64,000 bases of DNA from Podarcis cretensis (taxonomy: Eukaryota). A program made the position numbers and the translations under genes. Each line of letters begins with the position of its first letter. Position 1 is the first letter of the stretch. The notes under the pieces are model-generated. The model saw nothing but the letters and a program-made list of their open reading frames with translations, made no database searches and was not told where the DNA came from. Location of the stretch: assembly GCA_951804945.1 (NCBI GenBank), contig OX638165.1:41168001-41232000 (forward strand), given 5' to 3'. Positions 14,229 through 27,000 of the stretch are shown one piece after another.

Positions 14229-16120
14229 CCGTAGATTCCGGCGTATAAAATGACTTTTTAAACCCGGAAAAGAGGTTAAAAATTCAGGGGTCGTCTTATA
14301 CGCTGGGTATGGAGCCCGCCCACTGCTGCTTCGGAAGCTGCCAAAGCTGCCGCAGCAGCAGCAGCAGCGGGCGGTGGGCTCCGCGCTGGGAGGAAGCTGC
14401 CCAGCGATGCTAAGCCGGCTTCGCTGGGTGGCTTCCTCCCAGCACGTAGCTGCCCAGTGTGTTAGGCGACTGGGATTATAAGACGAACCCCCAAATTGGC
14501 AGCTGCCAATTTGGGGGGTTGTCTAATACGCCCAGCCGCCTAATATGCCGCAATCTACGGTATATATATATATAGAGAGAGAGAGTTCTCATAGCTGAGG
14601 GCTTTGTCTGAATCACAGAAGGTTCATGCTTCAAATCTCACACCAGGTCAGTGGCGCCGTGTTGTGCCCAACATTGGGGGGTCCTGTTGCACATGCATGG
14701 CATCACATATGTGATGCCCCCGCAAACCTGGCCAGGTCAACTCAGCCCACCATCCCCTACCCACTACCAGCTGCCTTACCTTTATGAAAGGGACACGAGG
14801 GGCAAAGATGCTTCACCCTGCATGTCCTTGGCAGAGATTGCCAGTGCTCTAGTGTTCATCAAAGGGACACACAGGGGGAAGATGCTTTGCACTGCTGCAT
14901 CCCTGGGGAGCCTCAAAAGGACGCAACATCTTGGTCCTGGTGCGTCCTTTTGAGGATTGCAACAAAATTTTTGGGGCCCCCTTCTTGAAAGTATGGGGGG
15001 CTGGCCCCCATGTCCCCGCATAGATGGCACACCTGCACGAAATTGCAGTGTATGGCCTATTTCAGTTCAACCATCTGTAAGCAGGGGCTCAGTCCATTGG
15101 GTAGAGAAAGTCAAATGGAATTATCTACTATCTGTACATTAAGCTTTAAAAATAAGAGTGCTTTCTGGACTGGTAGGGGAGAGCAGTACCTTTTTAGGGT
15201 GTGTCTACACTGTATTTTGAAAAAGTTTTGCATTATATGTAGCTGCAGGTATTTATTTTATTACATTTGAATCCCTCAGTTCATCAGAGATTGGCTTCCA
15301 AAGCAACTTATAACAAATTAAAGTCTTGGTGTGTGCACAGTAGTCACTTCTGTCCTTTGACGGTTGGTAATATAATCCAGGTTCCAGGTTTTTCTCTCCA
15401 GAGGGAAAGTTCAGGAGAAACAGTGGGTGGACTTGGAGGCTAGTTGGTGACAGCTAGTATACACAACATCTAGACTACTATCTAGAGATAGATGTATCAG
15501 TCTGTTTCTGGTTTATCAATCTCTCATGTACAGGCAGCGTTCCAGGTCATCATGCAGGATGGTGGAGTGCACATAAACCTGCTCCACCCTGCTACGACAC
15601 TGCCCCACCTTGCTCCCTTTTTCAGCTACTACTAGGTTGCCACGATGTGCGCATGCATGGTCATGCATCAATTGCATGTATGTTAATCAGTTGTTTCCTC
15701 TACTTCATTCATAATTCTGTCCCACCCCATTTGCACATTTGTCTCTGCTGTCTGTACAAGGATTTGTTTTGAAGATAAATATTTTATCACACAATATATA
15801 TCTCAGTGTGAAGATTTCTAAATATATTTTACACTAATACATTTCTTTGTGCATTTTGGTACTTTTTAAAAAAGTGAGAACTGTATTGCAAAACTTAAGA
15901 AACGTGAAAGCTGAAGGATCATTATATTCCAGTCTGATTATTAGTTCAGAAGGTACAAATTAGCTCAATTCTCTTAAATGTGTAGACCAAACAAAATCAT
16001 CCTACGTTCCCAGTTCTTACCCTGATCAGCACTTCCAGGTTTTTATGTGCAATGCTTTGTACATTCTCTTTTTTGGCCAGAGTCTACTCACCTTTCCTAC
16101 TCAACAATGTGTGTGAAAGT

Positions 16121-16193
<73 letters not shown>

Positions 16194-19100
16194 GTATACA
16201 CCTTCTATAAATTGGTTCAGATCTAATTGTTTTGATCCATTAAACCAGGCATGGGCAAATTCCAGCCCTCCAGATGTTTGGGACCACAATTCCCATCATC
16301 CCTAGCTAACAGGACCAGTGGTCAGGGATGATGGGCATTGTAGTCCCAAACATCTGGAGGGCCGGAGTTTGCCTATGCCTGCATTAAACCATGTGAATGA
16401 GCCATGTGGCCATGCAATTCCTCCCCTCTTCTCCCTTATATTGTGTTACTTAATTCAAAACTTCCAAGGTTTCTTAAAGTACAATTTTCAATAGAACCAG
16501 GAAATTAGTTTGAGCAATCCTTGCTAACCAGGACATCAAACTAGTTTGATTCTAGTTTTATACTCTGGTTTGTAGGACCATGACAACTCCAGTGTTCCAT
16601 TTCAGATGTCGCAGGAAACATTAGACATATTGATTTAAGGTGGATTACAGAAGGGGAAAGGAAACAAAGTGGGAACATGCAGGCAGGCAGCTCATTCCTA
16701 GTCTGATATAGGGTTCTTAGACTGACTTTGTTATGACTTAGCCAGACCTCTACTTCCTTCTCAGCGCCTGGAAGCTATGTCTAGTTTTTGAAAAATAGAC
16801 TGTCCCACCTGTTTTTCTTTTTATGGATTCAAGAACTGGCAGAGGAGGAGGAAAGGACTAGAAGTCTCCACCATTTCTCTGGCCATCAGACTTGATAGTT
16901 AGTTAAATAATAATAATAATAATAATTAATGATGTAAAACTGTTGTGAATTTATACCATCAAGAGCAACAAATGTGTTTGCAATATTTCTCCCTTTTCAC
17001 TTTTTGGCTTGACAGATTTTCCCCCTCAGCTAATTAGAATTTACCAAGGGAATTATTATTATCATCCATGTGTCTCTTGTAAATTCCTTGTTGAGGTGAA
17101 TAAGGGAACATTTGCTTTAAAGATCTACTTAGCCTAGGCCTGGCATTCTTAATCTTTTCTTCATAAAAATAAAATAAAATAAAAATCTCTGTCTAATCAG
17201 CAAGATACTGTTACAAAAGCCTGGTACCTGCCCCTCTCTTTGCCAAGCAGTGGCAAGAGTTCATGGGGCTACAGGCAAACACACAGTGTCTGTGTCCCTT
17301 TGGAAACCGTCGTGCTTTAAGAAATATGGTTTATTCACCTATTTGCACCTTCAGTCTGCATGGAGGGGGTCCAGATCTTACAGTCATTCCAAGAGGCAGC
17401 ACCGTAAGATCGATCTCAGCCCTTCCTCCTCCTTCCCAGAAACCCCTTGCCCTCCCCCAGAGCAGTTACATTGGCAACCTTCCAAATCCCTAGTCTGTGG
17501 TCACACCTGGGGCAAGAAGTTATCTTTTCTTGTTAACAACCCTCAATGGCGCTCTATTGTTCCTAGCTTGGCCAGGCTACCCAAGAATTCCTTTGCAGCT
17601 TATATTCCTTCCTTCATACCACAAATAACCAAAATCCTAGCATTTATTAATTTCACCCACATCTATAACAATGTGTTTCTTATAAGTTATTTCCTGTTTC
17701 CAGGCTGCTAAAGAAGAATGGTCTCAGACTCTGTGGGTAAACCTCAATGTGCAGGTGCTGCAGGATGGTATTGAAGGGTATCTAAAAAACCTTCGCAAAT
17801 TGCCAAAACATGTCCGAAGTGTGCCTGTCGCCTATCATCTGGAAATGAAGATGAAGGCATTTAAGGACTCAATTCCTTTGCTGCTGGATTTGAAAAATGA
17901 AGCATTGAGAGAGAGGTTTGATTTCAATTCATTCATATACGGTTGCATGTTAAAGCCAAACATTTCAGTGATTTGAATCTACACCTGATACATTTCACAC
18001 CTGTTTCTTACTCTGTGGTGGGCAAAGCTGTCAAAACAGGCAAGTTTTTCTAATTTTGTCTCTGCTGTTCTGGCCAATGCATTTGATGATATTAGAAATT
18101 CATGTGGGCATAGAAATATCCTTGCTGCAAAATTCCCATGCTAAGCAGCTACTGAGACTTAATGAATACCACAACTCTGATATCATTCCACTTTTAGTTC
18201 TCTTCTTTTGTAATAAAATTCCTTGCTGTTTTAAATGTCCTCTACAGTGGTCCCTTGGTTGTTGAACTTAATCCGTTCTGGGAGTCCGTTCAACTCCCAG
18301 AATGGTTCAAAAACCAAGGCGTACTTCCGATTGGCAGCAGGAGTTTTTTTGCACTCAATTGGAAGCCATGGAAGCTGTGTTGGACATTTGGCTTCCAAAA
18401 AACGGAACACTCACTTTCGGGTTTGCAGCATTTGGGAGCCAAAACGTCCATGTACCAAGGCATTTGACAACCACGGTATGGCAGTATATGGACTTTTTTT
18501 TGAGGGGGGAGCCTCCAAATGTACACACCACCCTTGCATTTGCATCGCAGTGGCAAGTATGGGTATGGGACCAGGTGTTCCCCAAGGTGTAATGTGCAGT
18601 TTTCTCCTAAAGCAACATATCTTGAACCAAAGCACCTTACTGTTGATTTGTTAACACTTTTCAGGCACTGGAAAGAATTGATGCGTCGAACAAATACATT
18701 TTTCGATATGGCAACAGAAACATTCACTCTGGAGAATATGTTTGCCATGGAGCTGCACAAACACATTGATGTTATCAATGAGATAGTTAGTTCTGCTGTG
18801 AAGGAACTTGGCATTGAGAAGGTAAAGTTCCCCTTTGCTATTCCTCTTTCTTTAGGGCTCTTACAGCAATAGCTACAGCAAACGCTTAGAAACTTTGAAT
18901 TTATTTTTTTGTCTTCTCATAGGGTGTAAAGGAAATAGTAGAAACCTGGGAGCACATGAAATTTACTGTGCAAAGGTACTTCAAAGGCACCCAGGAACGG
19001 GGCTTCATTTTGGGAGCTGTAGATGACATAATTCAGATCCTGGATGACAATGCAGTCAACCTCCAGAGTATTTCGGGGAGCAGATTTGTAGGACCTTTCC

Positions 19101-22100
19101 TGTCTCTGGTTCACAGCTGGGAAAAAACTCTCTCCTTGATTGGTGAAGTGATTGAGGTAGGGAAGTAAAACAGAGTCTACTTCATGAGTGGTTTTGTAGT
19201 CTCTTTCATTTACCTGTTATCGTGTGCCGGGCAATGAAATCCACTGCCCCTTTATCTTAAGTAACAAATACAGAAGGACTCGGACAAGCATCTGGGGTTC
19301 AAATTAGGCCACAACTTTATTGATTACAAATGTAAGTGTTTGGCATAGCAATGGGCACATCTGCTACATCTAGCCCACCTGCTGGAGAATTCTGGGGGTG
19401 GTGGCCAAACCTGATAAAGGATGTCCTATGACATACATCAAAGACTTGGCAGGTTTGCCACACTGGGGATTGCTGTGGCCCTCAGCCCCCACCTGGGCAG
19501 AAAGACAGAAGTACCTCCCTCAGGATCCTTTTAATGTGATATCCCGCTGCCATGGAATGGTAGGGACGCTGCCTGCGTTTCCCCCTCTGGCAAGGAGAAA
19601 GGATCATATCCAATGCCATAACTGCCAAACTTGTGATGCTTGCTATGAGGGAGACAAAAAACCCCAGATAGGCTCAATTAGCCTAAGGGCAAAATTCCTC
19701 TTTGGCCCCCAATATGGCAACTGAAATGATCCATAGCAAGGTCAAGCAAATACCAAAACAAGGGAAGGAGGTACACCTGGAAGGTGACTGAAGTGCCGAG
19801 CAAGGCAATTGGCCACTTTATACGCCCAGGGAGCAGATCTGGGTGAAGGCTCTGTATGAGTCTCTGTCAGCTCTGCCCCCCCTCCCTCGAAGCAGCCCCC
19901 ACTGGCCTGCTTGTGATTGGCCAAATTGAGGCAGGCAAATTAGAAATTCCCTCAACCGATGGGAGAGGCAGCTGTGTCTCCCAACAGCCATGGGGGCCTA
20001 GCACAGGGAAGAGGAGGATGGTGGTGGGCCCTGCTGTGCCACAACTGCTGTCCAACTCACAGGCAAGTGAACAGAGATTTTTTTCTTTTTTAAAAAAGCA
20101 ATATTTGACTTCCCTAGGTCTGGATGATAGTTCAGCGAAAATGGATGTATCTGGAGAGTATATTTATTGGTGGAGATATACGATCTCAACTGCCAGAGGA
20201 AGCTAAAAAATTTGACAACATTGACAGGATATTTAAAAGGGCAAGTATCTGACTTGTGGGTTAATGGGAGCATTGAAGTACAGAATATTGACTGCATACA
20301 TGATTTGAATGCATCTTATATGCACAAACACACCTGTAATCCATGGTGTTAGCTATCAGTAGCTTCTCATCTTCTTTATTTATTCTTACCTGCAGATAAT
20401 GTCAGAAACGGTCAAAGACCCAGTAATAAAGAGATGTTGTGAAGCTCCAAATCGTCTTTCAGACCTACAGAATATAAGTGACGGCCTGGAGAAGTGTCAG
20501 AAGAGCTTGAATGATTACTTGGATTCCAAGAGAAATGCTTTCCCCAGATTCTTCTTCATATCAGATGACGAACTGCTTAGCATTCTGGGCAGCAGTGACC
20601 CACTGTGTGTTCAGGAGCACATGATCAAGGTGGATAATGGGCTGATCCAAGAAACCATTAAAGGGCCCTTTCACATTCTCCCTTTCTGTTGCAGCAAGTG
20701 GTGTATACAGCTGGATTATGAGGCAGAAGGCAGGGGCAACATGGGTGCTTCCCACTGGTATCCAAGGGAGCAGGAAAATTATCCAGAATTTCCAGGCCTG
20801 TCCTGCTTCTGACAAAGATTCTGATGTTTATAGAAAATGCTTTTTCACATGATATATTGTTAATCTATGGAGTTCCTTGCCATAAGTTGCAGTGGTGGCC
20901 ACTGGCTAGGTTGCTTCAAAATGGGATCAGACTAATATATAGAGGATAAACCTATCAATTGTTGTTAGCTGTAGCAGCTGACAGAACCACCATGTTCAGA
21001 GGCAATTTGCTATTCAGTGCGAGTTGCTGGGGAGCAAAGGGAGGAGAGGGTTGTTGCCTTCATGTTCTGCTGGTGGACTTCTGATTATTATTAAATTATA
21101 ACCATTAAAATAATTTAAATACTGGTTTTGCTTTTAAGCAGAAATACAAAAGCAGTTGATTGGCCACTGTAGGTACCTGGATGTACAACTAGATGGGAAT
21201 TTGGTTTGAGCCAGCTTTCCTTTAGTTCATTTAAGAGAGTTTTAACTAACTGTATATTTTGTCCAGACACAGAACTAGATCACAGGTATATTTCACATTT
21301 CCAAAATGGTTAGATATCTGATGACTTAATCGCTGTCAGTATTATTCTTGGTCACAGGGCAATGGAGCAGGCAGGAAAGGCTAACCCATCTTCTTGTTCT
21401 AGTAAGGAAACTCCTGGCACATTGAGGGCATCCTCAGAATGAATCAGACTTGCTGTTCTTGTTTTCCACCAGAGGATGGATCAACCCTTTTCCTGCCTGG
21501 CCTCCTGCCCTGAATATCAGAGTGGAACTACATGGAAAATTCAACTTCCAGTTCCTAATATTTATTTACGAAAGTGTGGCTTATGTATTTCTGTAAATTT
21601 GGGAGTTCTCTACTTTCTTGATGGGTATTTCTAGGGCCATAAACTTGCATCTACTAACCAGGGATAAGGCCTTGAATCATCTTTGAATCTGAAGCAAATC
21701 TTTAATCAGGAGAATATACCTGAATTTCATACTGGTGATGCCATTCTTCTATGTGAGTAGTGTCATTGCTTCAGTGTTATCTCCTCCTGGTATGTTTCAG
21801 ATGTATGACAACGTAGCCGCTCTGAGGTTTCATGAAGATGACAGTGGCATGAAGATAGCTACTGCTATGATTTCTGCTGAAGGTGAAGTGATGGATTTTC
21901 GAAAGGCTATCCCAGCTGAAGGTAGAGTGGAGAACTGGATGACTGCTGTACTTATTGAAATGAGGAGGACCAACAGACTTCTTACTAAAGAAGCCATTTT
22001 TCGGTACTGTGAGGACAGAAGCAGGTGAGGTAATCTAATGCAACACATTTGGTTGGCAGCAGGGTGAGCTGAATGAGTCTTGTCAGAAAAGAAGGCAGGG

Positions 22101-24046
22101 TATAAATAAATTAACAACAACAACAGTGTTGTGTAAGATAGTATTTCCATGGCATCTCTTTATGCCAGGCTTCCTCCACCTGGCATCCTCATCATTCTCA
22201 TCATAGCCAGGGATCATGGATGATGGGAGCTGTAATCCAAAATGTCTGGACAATGCCTTCTGCAGTGAAAGTTGTGGTAACCTCAAGGGCCAGGATGGGC
22301 TGTTCAGTCTCCACAATGTCATATTGTATACATAATTCCTACAATTTAATTTAGTATTGTGCTGCTCAATCATGAACATGGGATTCTCTATCCATGTAAG
22401 ATAACATTCTGGTATAAAAATTGTTATCTTATTTGCACCAACATGCTAGGCTTTTACAATCCAGAATCTTTGTCCATCTTGGCTGGGAACTGCTGCCTTC
22501 TGGTTCTGGTTGTCCTTGCTCTTCCTGATTGCTGTAATCACAGCATGATGCATATCAGAGATCAGTGCACTTTTGATCAACAGGAACCTCTGCATCTGCC
22601 ATAAGGGCTATGTTGCTTTGCACACAGATCTAACATTTGTGCCATTGCATTCCACATCCCTAGGGTTGTAACCACCATAGCCTGACTGATATAATCCTTG
22701 CCAATGAGTCTCAACATTTCCTTATGCTTCTCTCTTTGCATTACAGTACTGCACATTTAAGCTCAGCAACCTTTTCTGGCAGTACCAGCGTTAGTTACTG
22801 ACATTTGCCAAGCTGCCCTGTGGTTGTCAGCAAACATGTCCACTAGACATTACAAACTAGAACTCTATATTTCAGTGGTGGTTTTCACAGAAGAGTCCTA
22901 CAGAACATTATTCTACTCACCTATGTGCCCTCCACATTGTAATACTCACTGTAGCATATGATGTAGTTTTTGCAAATCGCTCGGTGTAGATGTTTCACAT
23001 AACAACCTGAGAAAGGAGCATTTGCCCATCTACTGTGAATGGGTTGGCATAATGAGACATTCACAATTATATCCTAATAGTGGAATGGGCTGTCACCACA
23101 CATACAGCTTCAGGCTTGGCTATGCATCTCCATGCTGGGTATGCTTCCCTTTTGTATCCCTGCCTTCTTGGTGTTTTATTTCTCTTGGTTAGCGATCCTC
23201 CTAATTGAGCTGAAAACTGAAAGTGCAACTGGAGGGAGGATAGCCAATATAGACTAAGTGATGTACCTTTGTCAAATCAGAGAACACAACCCTCAACATG
23301 GATGTCTCGGGTCAATCCAGAAGCCCTGTGATTCAGTTTTTGTATCCAATAAGTGATGTGTTATCCATGTTCTTAAGTCAGGCACCATGTCTACTATTTG
23401 AGGCATTTCTGAAAGAAGGTGAGCTAGAAGGCAGCCTAGCCAGGCTTAATGGATGGTGCCTTGCCATCTCAGCTCTCCTGCTACATCCAGAATGCTGTAC
23501 AGTCACCCTTCTTTTCAATATTATAATGATTCTTTGAGATATATACTTTTTATCTTTGTTTTACTTGATTACAGCTGGTCACCTGGCAAAGTGATTCTGC
23601 TTTTTCCTTAGAGTTGACTGGATGCTGATGTACCAAGGTATGATGGTGCTGGCTGCCAATCAGGTGTGGTGGACCTGGGAAGTAGAAGACGTCTTCCGAA
23701 AAGTGAAAAAGGGAGAAAAACAGGCAATGAAAAACTACGCCAAGAAAATGCACTTCCAAATTGACTCGCTAGTAACCCGAATCACCAAACCACTAAGCAA
23801 AAATGACAGGAAAAAATACAATACCGTTCTCATAATTGATGTCCATGCACGGGATATAGTTGATATATTTGTAAGAGACAGGTAATTGCAGGGTCCAGAT
23901 TAGTAAGATTGCTCTGTTTAATAAAAGTAATGAAACCATTCTTGAGGTCCCTTCTGTGCTTCTGTCCCTTTCTAACTTCTCCTGATACCATTTGCTGACC
24001 TCTTTTGATTTTTGATGTTGTATGTTTCATGGAAGCCTGGAACCTA

Positions 24047-24084
<38 letters not shown>

Positions 24085-27000
24085 GCATCATGGAAGCTCG
24101 TGAATTTGAGTGGGAAAGTCAGCTGCGTTTTTATTGGGACCGAGAACCAGATGAACTCAATGTGCGCCAATGCACTGGTGCCTTTTCTTATGGCTATGAA
24201 TATATGGGCTTAAATGGGAGACTGGTCATCACACCACTCACAGACCGGATATATCTAACACTCACACAGGTAAACCAATAAAGGGGCTTTTCATTTAGCT
24301 TAGGTTCTTAAGTGCTGTTGAAAACAATGGAAGGTAAGTTTGGAATGTATATTCAAAGCCATGCTGTTTTTATTGTAATTATTTGTATGGTTTTAATAGA
24401 TGAGAGAGAAAGTTTTAATTCTTTCAATGTTTAAGTGTTTTTTAATTATTGTTTTTTCTATGTTTTTAACAGTTCTTCATTTTTGCTGTAAGCAACCTTG
24501 AGTCCTGTCAGGAAAAAAGACAGGGTATAAATAATAAGTATATAATAAGTATATTCTGCCTATACGGTATACAACTTTCCTTCAGTTAGTGTCTTGGCTT
24601 TGAACAAAGGATCTATTCATGCATGGATGGAAGTGTCATTGATGCAGGATTCTGGTCCCTTAGCTAATGATTCAAGCTCAGAATATGGGATTGGTAATAG
24701 GGGAGCTTCTATGTGGCCTCCCTGGCTTTCCCAGTCTCCTCCTACCCCCCCTCTCTCTGGCTGCAGCAGGGGTGGCCGTGGCGACGGAGGCTGGTGAGTG
24801 CTAGGCTGGGGGGGCAGCTCTGCTGTTCTGTCTGCTCAGCTGTGGAGACTTCCAGACCTCTGAGCTCTGCTGGATTGCTGCCAGGTGATTCCAGTCCTGG
24901 TGGGGCTGAGATTGTTGGGGAAGGGGGTTGGGGGCTCTGCACAGCCCTCACGCCTTTCGCCTTGGGTGCTGCTGGCTCCCCCCCCCCCCCCCGCTTGCAG
25001 CAGCAAGCCTTGTTGGCGGTGCGGGGACCGGCCCGAGGACCTTGTTGATGTTGGCCAACAGGAGTCCTACTGAAAGCAATTTGAAACAGGAGTTGGTTGC
25101 TCATTGTGTGTACACTCACCTCACTTTCACTTCTGATAAACTGGTTCTGCAGTTTTTTGTGTTATTTTCAAAATCTTCCAAACCTGTTTGATTGAGGCTA
25201 CTGCAGGGGAAAATAACTATGCATGCACACCATAAAGAGTGCAAATCTTTTAACTCGTTTTCAGTTCTCTTAAAGACGATTGTCTTTTTCCAGTCATTCA
25301 TTACTAGAGACTGGAGAATCTAGAACTCATTGCAATGGCAAAGTAGATTTTCTCCTTCTTTGCCTCACTTTTCTATGACTTTTCCTCCAAAGGCCTTGTC
25401 CATGTATTTGGGTGGAGCACCTGCAGGTCCAGCAGGAACTGGGAAGACAGAAACAACTAAAGATCTTGCCAAAGCGTTGGGCTTGCTTTGTGTAGTAACT
25501 AATTGTGGAGAAGGCATGGATTTCAAGGTAAGAATATCACCTCTGCATTCCTGTACTGCTCTTTTTTTAATGACAGAAAACCACTTCTATGCCCTCCAAC
25601 TGCCATGATTTGGCTGGGACAATCACGGAAACACATGAGCAATCACGGATTTCTAACTTCACCCTGGATGTCCTGAATTGCTTTTGACTCTACCCTTTTC
25701 TATCTCTAGAATCACTTGACTACCTTTTTATATCTCTAGGGTCACTTTTCTATTTCTATGAACCCTAAGAGTCTACAGAGTCCACAGTGAAAAATAAAAC
25801 CGGCAACATCCTTGGGGTGGGAGAGGGAAGTCCCGTCCCCCCCAGTGCGGCTACCAAGCGCCCACAGGAAGAAGAGAGTCTTCCCCAGCTTAGGCTACCT
25901 GTGCTTTGAGCCTAGCGGCTGCAAAACAACCACCTTCCATCTCCAGCCACTCAAGGACAAAGTGTGCTCTGTGTCCTTGCTTGTCTGGATAAGTCCCTCT
26001 CCAAAAGCCATCAAGGCAGTGGTGGCTGCTTTGGGACAGGGTTTGATGGTGGCTTGAAAGAGTTGAGAGAAGTTTTCCCCCCTTCTTCCGTTTACCATGT
26101 GCAGGGCTCCTATAAACAAACTCCTTCCCAGCAGCACAAACCCAGCCTTCAGCTACCACATAGTGGATCAGCATCCCTCAGGCTCCAGGACAAGCCGTTC
26201 TTTGTCCCTTTATTTATTAAACTTGCACTTAATTGGTAATTCAGTTTAAATTAGCTGCTTGTGCCTCAACTTCCCCGCCTGGGGCTGGAGGAATGCACAC
26301 CTGCCTGGAGCTCGCTGGGCTCAGGAGGGAGGGAGCACTGTCCCATGGAACAGTGGGGCTTACTTCAGAGTAAGCGTGCAGGGCCATGCTTCCCCTGGCT
26401 GCACTCTGCAGGTAGCACTGAAGGAAGCCTGGAGGTGAAGCCTCAGCCATGGGATGGAACTGGGGTGTAACTTCTTCAGGGTGCCTAAGACCTCAAATAT
26501 CTGTCATTTGACTGTGGCTCTCCTGGGTAGCAGTAAGAGAAATCTTAAGCCTGGATGCCTTTTTCACTTTGAACCAGAAGGGACTTTCATGATCAATGGC
26601 TGCCATTCAGTTTTAATGCTTCTTCATCTTTTGCATTCTAGGCAGTGGGTAAGATTTTCTCCGGTCTTGCCCAATGTGGCGCGTGGGGTTGCTTTGATGA
26701 ATTTAATCGGATTGATGCCTCCGTGCTTTCAGTCATCTCTTCACAGATTCAAACCATCAGAAATGCTCTGATGAACCAGCTGAAAACATTTCAGGTAAAG
26801 AGGCAGGGAAGATGATTTTGTGCATAAAGGGTTGGATTAGTTTTCAGGTGCACTAATATGTACATGCATGTAAGTTTGGGAAATGACGATCCTTTAGTGG
26901 GTCCATTTCTTTCTCTTACGTATCTGTCTGAACTTCAATTAGGCTTATGTTTCAGTTTGAAGGGCAAGAAATTTCTCTGGATCCACGAATGGGCATTTTC

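Noticed and set aside
24700-26470. GC-rich intronic patches with overlapping short ORFs
   Set aside because: No recognisable protein motifs, termini or TSDs; probably old repeats that I cannot classify.
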